Below, piece by piece: positions 32,668 through 44,079 of a stretch of 64,000 nt of DNA. The notes under the pieces are model-generated. The model saw nothing but the letters and a program-made list of their open reading frames with translations. It did not search any database and was not told the origin of the DNA. This DNA comes from Vicugna vicugna (taxonomy: Eukaryota): contig MU057944.1 of assembly GCA_013265495.1 (NCBI GenBank), positions 186,001 to 250,000 on the forward strand, read 5' to 3'. Each line of letters opens with the position of its first letter. The first letter of the stretch is position 1. Made by a program: the position numbers and the translations under genes.

Positions 32668-35214
32668 ACCGAACAGGCAGGAGCTGAGGAGGTGGCCCAC
32701 TGTCAGGCAGGTTCTCCAGGTCAGAGGACGGCATAAGCAGAGATGTGGAGGGTGGATGCTCATGTGTGCACAGGTGGCCGCGAGGTGGACAGGGGGAGTA
32801 ACGTGTCTCCACCTGCGCCCTGGCCCCGTTGTCCAGAGAGCACCCTTCTCCTGCTCCAGTTCACCTGCATCTCTGTTCAGCATCGTGATTTATGAGGGCA
32901 CCCAGGCCACTCTATTCTTTATGGACCTGAAAAAGACACGATCCTGACCACGACCGAGAGGCATGGGGTGATGTCTCAGAAACCATTCTGACGCCCTGTT
33001 AGGCAGGAGGGAGCAGAGGTGGAGAAAGGAGCTGTTAAATCACGAAGCACATCCTCACGTGACACCAGAGGAACAAAGTTTTCGGATGGCGGCTCCGGCA
33101 GGAAGGACGAGGGAGATGGTGGGGAGGTGGGGGGTGGCTGCAGGAGGCTCACGTCTCCTGGCTGCATGGCTTTCGTGTAAACCTCAGCAGAAGCATGTGA
33201 GGCCTTGAAAAGGCTGTGTTTCCAGGCAACCGTCGTTACCCACTCACACGGTCCCCGTATGTCCCAGAGGAGCAAGGAGGATGTCCCTGGAGGGTCAGGT
33301 TGTTCCTAGAAGGGTCAGAGCAGCCTCCGCTGTGCAACAGTGGGGTCTGAGAGGTGCTGGGGAAGATCTTCTCCCCCAGGGAGAGTGGGGAAGTAGCCGG
33401 GAGCTGTACGCCAGGCTCTGTGTGGGGGAGGGACACGCCCCAGCTAAGCTAGGGGGTGTGACCCAGACCCCTGTCCTTACTCCCAACCCTGAATGCTCAC
33501 TGGGGTTCCTCACTTTTTACTGTCTTTGTGCCTGAAACAGGTTTCTAAAATTTGTAATGGAATCTTGAACCCAGTAGAGCAGTTCTGTACATAAAAGATT
33601 TCACCTCAAGAAGTATAGGCCATCATCAGTCTGTGGATTATCAATGTGTATTTTTAAGTGTTAGTGAGACTCCCACCAGCATAATGGAGTCTTTGTGCCA
33701 ATTAGAAAAAAACATGTAGACAGATTAGGAAAAGGCGCCCTTTACATTGAACACAGTCCTACTACGCCATAGCCTGGTGCCTGGCGGGTGGCACCTGTGT
33801 GTGGCCACATCCCTAGGGGGTTGCAGCCCTGTTTCAGGGTTTGACAAGGGAGCAGAGAGGTGCCTCTGCTCCAGGTGGCTGCAGCCCTGCACTGAACTGC
33901 ACAATGTGACAAAGAGAACCCCAGCTGGATTTTATCCCCGACTCAGCTCACCTACCAGGCACTTTTGGGCAGTGTGCTAGCTGTGCAACTGTCCAGGGCA
34001 GTCCTGGGTGCGCATCCTGGCCATCTTAACCGGTTGTGCTTGGCATGGGGAGCCATTCCCGCTTGATTTCATCTGAAGAGTTTTAGGATGGAAAAGGTAC
34101 AGCAATGCCTTTTCACTGAATTTTATACCACAGCCCAAGCTTTCTCAAACCATGATGCCCTAGAGATGGTGTGCCATCCAGGGCCCCTTTCTCACCAATG
34201 CTGGTCAGCCGGCCGAGGTCGAGAATGGGGCTGTCCCTGTGTGCCAGGCCCTCTGCATCCATGTCCCATTTGAGCCTCACCGCCGGCCTGGGAGATGACT
34301 TGTGTTATCACCCCCCGGTGGTACAGAGGAGGTCACTGATGCTCTGGGCAGAAGGCACTCGTCTGGGACACACAGCTGCTTGGTGGGGCCAGGATCAGCA
34401 CCCCGGCCCATTCTGGCTTTAGGTCCTATACTCTTAACCTTTATAACCATAAAGACCACATTTGTCTGTTGACATCTGAAGCTTTTCTGAGCCCTTAAAA
34501 TGCATGTTTGGGTTGGGGTTGGGATGATTGGGGCAGGACCTCCCCCCTGGTCCCCTCTGAGCTGGAGCTACTGTTTTCAGCACCCTGAGACCTTGGGGGA
34601 CCCCTGGCACAGGGGCCATCTGGGAGTGGTGACCATGTAATGGCAGGGAGGGCTGGAGGCACAGTGCCAGACCTTCCCCGCACCTAAGTTCCTGAAGACA
34701 CCCTCCTGTGGCCCGCGAGCTGGCGTGGAAGTGCAGGTACTGACTCAGGAAGAAGTCCCGTCCGTAACAACAGCCTGCACAGCACCCTCGGCCACACCCG
34801 CGGCTCCCGCACAGAGCTCTGTGGAGGGAGCTCCTGGCCCCATGGCAGGAGCCTGGCTGCTTGTCCGTGAGCATCAGAGCAAAAGGCCAGAACATTCCTT
34901 TTGCCTGTTGAAGGCAGCAGGGAGCATTTTTATTTTAACTCCAGAAATGAGAAGGGCATGCATGTTTCTGAGGTTTCTCTAGACACCCAGAGGATTCCTT
35001 CCCCCGCCCCAGGGGGCAGAGTTTCATCCTGGCACCGTTTGACTGCATAGTTCATACCAGGGTGGGTGGGCGTGGTGAGGCTGTATGCTCACCCTCCCCC
35101 ACCTTCACGCCATCTGCGACGCCCAGCTTGGCACGTTCAGGATGAGCCCTGGACTTGGCTCCAGGGCCAGAGCCTTGGTCCCAGGGCTGAAAGAGGATGC
35201 AGTAGATTAAGAGG

Positions 35215-35780
35215 GTTGTTGAAAATGCAAGTTAAAGCAACCCCGAGATATCACTGATCATCTCTTAGACTGGCAGAAATCCAAAAATCCCACGCCCACG
35301 CTCTTGGCACACCTGCAGGGAATGGTACGCTCACACGTGGTTGGTGGAAACACTGGATGGCGTGACCCCATGGGAGGGAAATTTAGGTACAGCTTGCAAA
35401 ATCACATACGCATTGACCCTCTGACTCAGCAGGCCCGCTTCTCGGGGATTTACCCTGAGGATAAAAAATACCACGAATATGAAGCAAGTTACTGTTCACT
35501 CCATAGAATACACTGAGAGGCTTCAAAGCAGGGAAGAACAGGAGGCAGATCGCAAAGTTTATCTGGTAGATTTGTTGACAGTGCTTTTGGGTGTGATAAC
35601 CCTGGAATTATCTTGTTATTATGGATGGAGCAGATGAGTAAATACATACGGTCAGGTACCAGGGTTCTGTCTGTGGGAGAAGGGAATGTGGAATAGAGGC
35701 CGGTGTTGGATCGGAGTTGGGGCATCAGTCTGCAATTTTGATGATAAATATGTATGATTTACAAGTCGTAACCATGGAAG
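35215..35780 (+). mobile_element. L1M (L1ME-type) ORF2 end / 3' fragment
   Basis: aaaatgcaagttaaagcaaccccgagatatcac (MQVKATPRYH, decayed MQIKTTMRYH); cattgaccctctgactcagcagg..ggggatttaccctg. Confidence 0.8.
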
Positions 35781-36974
35781 GGGCAAAGAAGCCGCGACCC
35801 CCAGTAGTGGTGTGTACACCTTGCACCTGCAACGCTGTTTCTCAGTGCTGTTCCCCAGGAGAAGGAGCCAGGGCCCCTTAGACAAGTGGAGGGGTCCAGG
35901 TGTGGGGCAGTGGAAAGTCCCAGAGTGTGACTAGAACATCTTGTCATTCTCGAAGGCAGGAATGCCTCCAAAGACAGATGGTCGGAAAGATCCAGGCACT
36001 GGCTGTCAGAGGCTCCCGCTGACGAAGGCGGGACAGTTGAAACGTCCAAAAGAAGAATGAGAGAAATAGATTAAGGAAAGAGGGGAATGGAGCAGAAAAG
36101 AGGAGCCCTAGTTAATAAAGGTGGATTTCACTGAAAATCACCAGTAAGGGACAAACGGTTGTCATGGGCCTCCTGTAGGTTGAGAGGCCCCAGCATCACC
36201 TGTGGATTAGCTGGGTTGGGGGCAGGGCAGCTTCCACGTCATGAAAGACCCACAGAAAGCCAGGGGGAGACTCAGGAGCCAGGACAACTCACTGTGGTGC
36301 GTGACCCGGGATCTTGGGCTGGGGAGTGAAAAGGCCACCGAAGCAGAACACGGGGAGACGCCTGCGAGCAGGCTGTGCTGGGTGATGTTGTCGCGTCAGT
36401 GGTCGGGCAGGGCAAGCGCAGCAGCAGCAGGCCGTGAGACTCGGAGCTCCCCAGACGGGCCCCTGAACCTGGGTGCTGCTGGTCTGGGGGGCTCCGGCAG
36501 CTTCACGGCCCCGCACTGGCCAAGCGCCGGGAACAGCTGTTAATCCCCATCTGCGATAGGAAGCTCGTGTACAGTGATGTTACTTGTCTTTATGGATATT
36601 TTAATATTAAAGCGGCAAATCCTGGAAAGTGCTGACCTGCAGCTTTTCTTGGTTGGTGCGATCCAGGCACTTTCTCAGGCCTGCTTGGTGCCAGCCTGAG
36701 CAAGTGTCGCCAAAGGCGAAGGGCTTCAACATGGTGCCCACATCCCTCCCTGAATGGAGGTTGCAAGACCCCAAGGGGATAAACTGTCGTCTTATTTTGA
36801 TGTCACTTCAGGAAAGGAGCTCAGCTCAGAGTCTCAGAAAAGAGGCCACTGTGTGCTGGGAGTGGGGGTCTGGGGGAACCCTGACGGGGCCCTGCTGGTC
36901 CCACGCACCTTGCCTGCGCTCACCCAGCTGAGCAGGTGGTAGGTCCTGGATGACCAGTGGCTGCTGCTCCTTTT

Positions 36975-37720
36975 CTCTGTTCAATTTAATCAAACTCACA
37001 CTGGCAGGTGCTCTGCCAGGGATGGGAAACGCAGGTAGTCATTCATTCCAGAAATACCGATTGACCCTTGGCCGCATGCCAGGCCGAGGACTAGGTGCCC
37101 AGGGTATCATGGAAAGCAGGACAAACTCTGCAGCCTCCTTGCAGCCCAGCAGTTTAGAAGGGAATCAAGTAATAACTTAGTGAGCAGACAAGAAAAAGAT
37201 GAGATTAGTATGTGCTGTGAAGGATCAGATGGGGAGGTGCGGAAGCCTGGGGGAGGGTGTGACTCCTTTGCATGCAGTGGCCACAGAAGGCCTCTCTGGA
37301 GCAGGGACCTTTAACCCAAAACAGAGGCCGCAGAGGCAACCAGTGTAGCTGGAGGGCACAGGGTGCGGAGGGGATGTGGGACTTTGCAGTCCTAGTGAGG
37401 AGTTTGGACTTCATTATACACATGGCAGGATGCACTGGTTTTAAGGAAACAACTCACCAGGATTTGCCTTTTGAAGCTGCCCCTCTGGCTGCTGCATTGA
37501 CAATGGTGGGGATGGGGGGGAGGCTATCGCAGGCCTCCCGCAGGACAAGTTCAAGAATCCAGAGGACTTGCTGGAAAACGAGGTGTGGGAGAGAGAAGAC
37601 AACTCCTGGGAATGGGGCTTGGGCACCTGGTGCAGAGTGGTTCCCCTCCAGCCTGAGGGTGCTGGGGAGCCATTGCAGGGTATGGGCGGGGCAGAGTGGA
37701 AGCAGAGAAACCAGCTGTGA
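36975..37720 (-). mobile_element. L2 fragment
   Basis: ggccacagaaggcctctctggagcagg..gtgaggagtttggacttcatt..gatttgccttttgaag..cctctggctgc. Confidence 0.7.
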
Positions 37721-38591
37721 GCAGGATGGAGGGGCGGGGGTGGGGGGAGCGTGGAGGATTGAGGGCAGGTGGTTCCCCTCTCGGAGGAAGCAGGCGAGGA
37801 AGCAGGCGCTGCAGGCAGGGCCTGTTTCCTCCTTGCATTTGGCCTCAGGCCCCGTGACTGAGGGTCCTACACCATCACCTCCATCTCCGCCTCCTCCTGG
37901 CTTTCCCCACACCCCTGGAGGGGAGGGAGAATGCATCTCGGTTTCCTTCCCCACCCAGCCCGTTCTGCTCAGCCAGCAGGAGCAGAGCTGGGACTCACTT
38001 AAGGAAAGAGGTCTGCCCAGCAGCTCGGCCCTGCCCAGTCCTGCTGGAGGGAATTGTAATTAAAAACGGGGCGGCTGCACTTAGAGTAATGACATGCTAC
38101 CCTCAGAATTGCTGTCCTCGGCTCTGGTTTTCCTGATGCCAGAAAATCCAATAACCCCAGGTTACGTTCAGTCCGGATACGGTGCCGATTGGATTTGTAA
38201 ACTCCATCCAGTGTGCAGTGGTCTGACCACTACCTGCAGCTGTCACTCAGCCAGCAGACATGCGGTTCCCAAGGGCCACCCTGGGCCTGGGCGGAGTCAG
38301 ACACACAGCTCAGCACCAGAGGCCACTGAACGGAGTAAAGGCTGGCTGCAGGCCACTGCCCGCAGGGCCTCCTGACCCCCAGGTGCTACTGCGTGCGAGA
38401 CCGCTTCCCCTCGCCTCGGCTCTGTGGGGTCCCCCAGGTGACCGTCATCTGGGACAGCAAGCATTCCCAGAGGCTCGTGCACCTCACCTTCCCAGCCAGG
38501 CTCGGAGGAGCACAGGTTAGCATCTTTTAGTGACTCCAGATTACCCTGGGAAGATGCATTTTCATATTTGGGAAAATAAGGTTATACAATC

Positions 38592-38777
38592 TTTTTTTTT
38601 AAATCGAAAAATAGCTGATTTATAATATTGTGTTAGTTTCTGGTGGACAGCATAGTGATTCAGTTTTACATATATATTCTTTTTCATATTCTTCATTATA
38701 GGTTATTACTAGCTATTATTTCCCTGTGTTATACAGTAGAGCCTTGTTGTTTATCTATTTTTGTATCTAGCAGTTTG
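38592..38777 (-). mobile_element. 5'-truncated laurasiatherian L1 (L1MA9/L1_Art-like) with 20-bp target-site duplication
   Basis: poly(T)..gatttataatattgtgttagtttctggtggacagcatagtgattcag..tatacagtagagccttgttgtttatctatttt; TSD taaggttatacaatcttttt (38577-38596) / taaggttataccgtcttttt (38778-38797), 18/20. Confidence 0.9.
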
Positions 38778-38904
38778 TAAGGTTATACCGTCTTTTTGTT
38801 TTTGCTCATTTCTCTTTCCCTCTCCTCCCAGACCGTGGATTGTCACTGGTCTGTTGTCACTGGGCCTTCTCCTGGCATCAATGGAGACAGTACCGTGGGG
38901 AGGC

Positions 38905-39060
38905 TGGGGTCATAGGCTCTGGTTTCAAATCCTGGCTCTGGTGCATTGTAACTGCAAAACCTTGGGCCAGTCCCTCAGCCCCTCTGAAAGTCAGTTTATT
39001 CATCTGTAAAGTGGAGATGATACTAGGACCTGCCGGACATGCGGGCTGTGAGGGTGGACT
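38905..39060 (+). mobile_element. MIR
   Basis: gtttcaaatcctggctctg..accttgggc..cagtttattcatctgtaaagtggagatgata. Confidence 0.8.
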
Positions 39061-40944
39061 GTCACTTCAGCCAGCTGCCTTAGGCACAAGCAGCCCCCAC
39101 GACTGAAGTGACCCCTCGTTCTTAGTACGTCCTCGCCCACCCTGCCATGCTTCAGACCCAGCATGGAGGAGGCCCTGGGCCAGCGAGGCCAGTGCCCCCG
39201 CAGCAGTGCTTAGCAGCATGGAGAGTTCTCCTTGGGTGGCAGGAGGAGGCTGAGTCGTCAGGGAAGGTGGGGGCTTGGGCCTGTGCACTTGACCCTGGAA
39301 GGTGGCCGGCAGGCCCCGGAAGGGCAGCTGCCTGGGCAGGAAAGGAGGAGCTGGAGGAGCTGGTTGTGTGTCTTTCCAGTGAGACCGGAGCCCCATGCAA
39401 CGCCTTCAGGTGCATTCCTGCTGTGCTGAGTGAGATGTGACCCTCCCAGGATCCTTGGAGGTGCCGGAGCTTGGGCCCGTCTGTCCTGTTTGACAGCAAG
39501 GAAGCCTCTGCCCAGGATCTCACGTGTCTTTTCCACGAGGTTCCCTGCAGAGCCTGGCTGGCATCCACTATTTCCCGTCCCAATTCCATTAGACCAGAGC
39601 CCAAGGGATAACCTCCCTGAGCTATGCTTCTGTCCCCAATCTTTGTTGTCAGAAAGAGGCCAAATCCAAACACTTACTCCCCACAGCTGCGCGGAGGATA
39701 AAGCAGGGGCCTGGCAGGAGGGGCTGGATGGGGCTCTTCTCTCTCCACCAGTTCCACTCCTCGCTCCTCTCTTCCTGCCTTCAACATCGTGTGCACCTCT
39801 TGCTGGAAGCCCTCTCCTGCCCAGCCCGAGCACCTTGGGCATCTCAGGCACAGTCACCGATTTTAATTTACCTTCATTTATTCCAGGCTGTAAAACTGGT
39901 AACACACAGCTATGTTCTCTTGAGCCTGCGTGCTGCTTTAAAATTTTTTTAAATGTGTTGCCACCATTTAAAAGTTGGAAATTATCTACAGAGTGAATTT
40001 CCACCTTCTCTTGGGAAATGAGCAGGTCTGGCCGCCCCGAGCCTGTGCTGCCCGGGCCAGCAGTCAGCTGGACCTGAGGGGATGTTAGTCTGCAGCCCTC
40101 CACACCCCCGTGGCCCCCTTCTGCCAGGCCCCCCCTTTATAGCCCGGACAGCGACCCCAGGATGCTGGTCAGTTTCCAGCCTCTTGCTGACAGCAGCGCA
40201 GGCTTAGTGTGCTGGGCTTTGCTCCTCAGTCCCCCACAGTGTCCAGCGCCTTTGACATGCGGTCACTGGGCTGGCTTTCCTCCCCGCCCCCCGATCCTTT
40301 GAAGCCAGGTTCTCTCTCTCCCCTTGCTGACCTTCGTCCCCCTCCTACTCCCATGCCCCTCCCCCCCCCAGAACGGCAAGTGCTGTGACTCACACCTTTC
40401 CTTTTGCCCCCTGAGTCCTTCTCTGGTGGCTGCATTCTAGCACCCTGAGTGTGTGGCTGAGTCATCACCATCTTGCCAGGACCCAGCTCAGGGCCTGGCC
40501 TACAGCAGGTGCTCCGGGACTGGAAAAGGCTTGAATGAGACGTTGAGAAAGCTACCGGGCCCCCTCCTGCCCTCCTCTCTGGGTTTCAGAGGGAGACAGA
40601 GACACCCTGACTGTGCTGCCTTGGGGTGGGGAGAAGTCTTGTAGCAACGTGCTGGGTACCAGCGCCCTCCAGGGGGCCTGCAGGTCAGGCAGGGAGATGC
40701 TGGACAGGGAGCCACTCGCCGGGCCTGTGTACTTCCTCCTGTGCTTCCTCCTATCCACCCTCCCTCCCGCCAGCCTCCAGAGGAAGGGCTGATCTTCTCA
40801 GAGAGGAAGGCATCCTGGGACAATCTGGGACATGGGAGCCCCGCCTCCCGGTGCCCCAGGGCCTTGCGTGTGAGGCTCTGGGAGGGAGGCTCATTTGTTC
40901 TGTGTCACCTGGCTCCTGCCTCTGACTGACCTCAGCTCTGGAGC

Positions 40945-41392
40945 CAGCCTGGCCACTCTGCCCTGTCTGCTCCTCAGATACCCTCAGGCCATTCCTGCCT
41001 GGGGACCCTTTTCACTTTGCTGGTCCCTCAGCTGGAATTTTCTTCCCCAGCATTCCTGCCTCCTGGAGCGCCCAGGTCCTTAGCATCCACAGCCTCAGCT
41101 TGAATGTCACCCCCTCAGAGAGGTCCTTGGAGCTTCTTCTCCAAGGAGACCTGTGCTGCCCCGCTCGCGCCCCATCCCCCAGGAATCCTCAGCGTCAGCC
41201 TTAAATGCTCCCTTTATATGGCTTATTCCACAGTTTCTGACCATTTTCTGTGTTTGGGCTCAGAGTTATTGGCTGTCAGCTGCAGGAGGGCAGAAGGGTT
41301 GTGTCTGACTTCCTTCTGCTCTGTCCCCGGCAGCACTAGCTTAGAAGGTAGTGGGTTCTCCTCGGTCAAGCTGTGCTGGAAGAATGGATGGT
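40945..41392 (+). mobile_element. L2 3' end
   Basis: cagcctcagcttgaatgtcaccccctcagagaggtcctt..gcaggagggcagaaggg..gctggaagaatggatgg. Confidence 0.75.
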
Positions 41393-41524
41393 GAGTAGAC
41401 AGAAGCTGACTTGGGTCGGCCCCCTGAGGGTGTAGGACCAGGGCCTGAGCTAGGCGTTAGCAGCAGAGCCTGGAACCTCATGGGCTGACCAGGACTGCAC
41501 AGAGCAAAGGCATCGAGCAGGCGT

Positions 41525-41720
41525 CATCAAATCCCAGCCCAGCCACTTCATTGCTGTGTGGCTTTGGGCAAGTTACTTAACCTCTCTCGGCTCCAGCTTC
41601 CTCATCTATGAAATGGGGGTAGTACATTCCAACTCGAGGGGCTTACTAATGTAATAATGTGTGTGAGGTGTCTGGGACATAGCACTGGGACAGGATAAGC
41701 ACACAGTAAGTTGTTATCCA
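41525..41720 (+). mobile_element. MIR
   Basis: gctgtgtggctttgggcaagttacttaacctctctc..ttcctcatctatgaaatgggg. Confidence 0.88.
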
Positions 41721-42159
41721 ATAGTGAGACTGACTTCAAGTGTTTAGTTTGGAGTGAAGCAGACAGGAGGTAGAAATGTGCGTCTGTGGTCACAAGGCTT
41801 GGATCCCCTCCAGCTCTTTTACCCTGTCCTCCTTGCTCCCCCAAGGACCAGAACTCCTCCGGAGGCTTCCCCAGCCAGCAGGAGGCAGAGCCAGGACTGG
41901 ACACTCCCCAGCTATTAGCTGACTGGCTGATGGGTTTTGTGGTTTTGTGGCTGAAGGTGCTCCAGAGATCGGCCGGCGTGGGCTTGGGGATTACCTGCAG
42001 TACCTCTGCTCCTTCTCCCTGTACCAGCCCAAAGATAATAAGGATGTTCTAACTTCTAGTGGGAAGACAGCTGGAGGGAGCCCATCCAGAGGACTGGGGC
42101 TGTGGGTGGGGTGGAGTAGATGGGAAACTGAGGTGTGGCACTGTTCTTGGCCAAACGCC

Positions 42160-42335
42160 ATACCTGATTCGATGCATTCAATCCTCACAACACCTCATGA
42201 GGCAGGTGCTTTCATGGGCTCCACTTTACAGACGAAGAAACTGAGGCCCAGAGAGGCAAAGGTCTCCATCTGGGGAGAGCCCGCACAAACTGTTGGGCTC
42301 AAGGACTTGCACGTTCAACCACCCTGAATCCTGCT
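42160..42335 (-). mobile_element. MIR
   Basis: attcaatcctcacaacacctcatgaggcagg..ctttacagacgaagaaactgaggcccagagagg. Confidence 0.85.
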
Positions 42336-42389
42336 GGGAGCAACCGTCAACTAGTATTTGACAAGTTTGTGTGTTGAACCTGGCGCAAT

Positions 42390-42580
42390 TAGGGTAGTAA
42401 AGTAGAAAGGACACTGGTCTTAGAGTCAGATGGAGCTGCTTGAAATCCCAGGTCTTACTGCTGGGTGACTTTAGGCAAGTCACTTCGCTTCTCTGTCATT
42501 TTACCGTTAGGACAAGGGCCATAAAAATGCCTCTTTGGCAGGGTTGTTCAGAGGATGGAACAGGGAGTGTGTGAAGGCTT
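42390..42580 (+). mobile_element. MIR
   Basis: tagagtcagatggagctgcttgaaatcccagg..gtgactttaggcaagtcactt. Confidence 0.75.
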
Positions 42581-43105
42581 CCCCTCTCCTCCAAGGCATG
42601 CCACAGGGGTTTGTTTATTCCCTTTCTCCAGGGTTTCCTCCCACCCCGAGCCTCCAGCCCCAGGTGCTGGCCCCCGTCCAGAGCCTGACCTTGGCCTTGA
42701 GATCCAAGAGGACTTCGGAAATGGCTTTGGCTGCTCCAGTCGAGGGAGCTGCCCTGATCTGCTTGCAGATCGGAATCTCCGGGCCCCCTTGCCAGGCTTT
42801 TCATGTTGCTGCTTTATTTCACAAGAGCCCCGGTGTTTGTTTAGCGATGAGGTGGTATTTTTAGAACTTAAAAGTAATTCAGCTCTTCGAGGAACGAATC
42901 TGTGAACGTAGCCCCAGCCGGAGCCAGGCCTGGACTGGAGGCCTGTGGGCGTGCTGCCCCGGCTCTCCCCACCCTCACGCCCTGCTCCCCTTGGGCCTTC
43001 CTGTCGGATGCAGGACACCCCCAGTCTGCCTTGTCCAGCTTGACTCCTTCCTTTCCCGCTGGTCTGGGCCCCGGGGATGCTGGTGGGGGCACCACAATCC
43101 CAGCA

Positions 43106-43630
43106 TGTGGTGTGCTGAGTAATGCCCCCCAAAAGATGTCTACATGTTGATCTCTGGAACATGTGAATATGTGACCACATATGGAAGAAGCCACTTTACA
43201 GGTGTGATTAAATTAAGGATCTTGAAACAGGGAGATTGCCCCAGATTATCCAGTGGTCCAGGACAACCACAAGGGTCCTCGTAAGAGAGAGGCAGGAGGG
43301 TCAGAGAGGGAAGGTGTGATGATGGAAACAGAAGTTCAGAATCAGAGAGATTTGCAGATGCTTCTCCGATGCTTGTGAGGATGGAGAAAGGGCCACCACG
43401 AGCCGAAGAATGCAGGTGGCTCTAGAAGTTGGAGAAGGCAAGGAACCGGAGTCTCCCCTAGGACCTTCAGAGGGAGCGCAGCCCTCCAACACCTGGACTT
43501 TGGCCCAGGAGACCTCTTTGAGCCTCTGACCTCCAGAACAACAAGAGAATAAATTGGTGGTTTTAAGTTTAAAAACTTAAGTTGTTTTAAGTGTGTTCGT
43601 TTGTTACAGCAGCAGAAGGGACCGAATACA
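43106..43630 (+). mobile_element. MLT1C/D solo LTR (full length)
   Basis: tgtggtgtgctgagtaatgccccccaaaagatgtctac..attaaattaaggatcttga..ctgacctccagaac..tttgttacagcagcagaagggaccgaataca. Confidence 0.9.
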
Positions 43631-43874
43631 CCGCCCGGTGCCCCCTCCTGCTTGGAGCACCTCACTTCCGGTTGCGCTCCGGGGCCCTGAGCCTCCGGGA
43701 ATATACCTGGGAAGCAGGGTTCATTCTCCCTGGAACTGTCAGGAGGAGTTTTTGCGATTGTAAGGACCCAGCCCAGCGGCTGCTGTGTTGTAAGCATGAA
43801 AGCACTTAGCCGTGTGTAGTGTTTGCTTCTCTGCAGGAAAGCGGGGTCGGGCCGGGGAGTGAGCACGGTTGTTG

Positions 43875-44020
43875 TGGGTTTGGACTGATGCTACAGAAAC
43901 TTGGATTCAAATCCCAGCTTCTCCAAACTCAGGGAAGTTTTTCAGTGAAGTTCGGCAGAGTTGCTGATGACTCTGGGCCTCAGTTTCCTTATCTGTAAGA
44001 GGGGAGAATCATGACCTGGG
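43875..44020 (+). mobile_element. MIR
   Basis: ggattcaaatcccagct..ctgggcctcagtttccttatctgtaag. Confidence 0.75.
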
Positions 44021-44046
44021 ACTGTGAGGGAAGGCGCACGCCCGCT

Positions 44047-44079
44047 CGCACGTGCATGTGTGCGCGCACACACACACAC
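44047..44079. repeat. 33-bp perfect alternating pyrimidine-purine tract containing a 16-bp palindrome
   Basis: cgcacgtgcatgtgtgcgcgcacacacacacac; palindrome TGTGTGCGCGCACACA 44057-44072. Confidence 0.95.

Noticed and set aside
37272-38063. 263-aa ORF
   Set aside because: Largely lies on the antisense strand of an L2 fragment plus G-rich DNA; low complexity.
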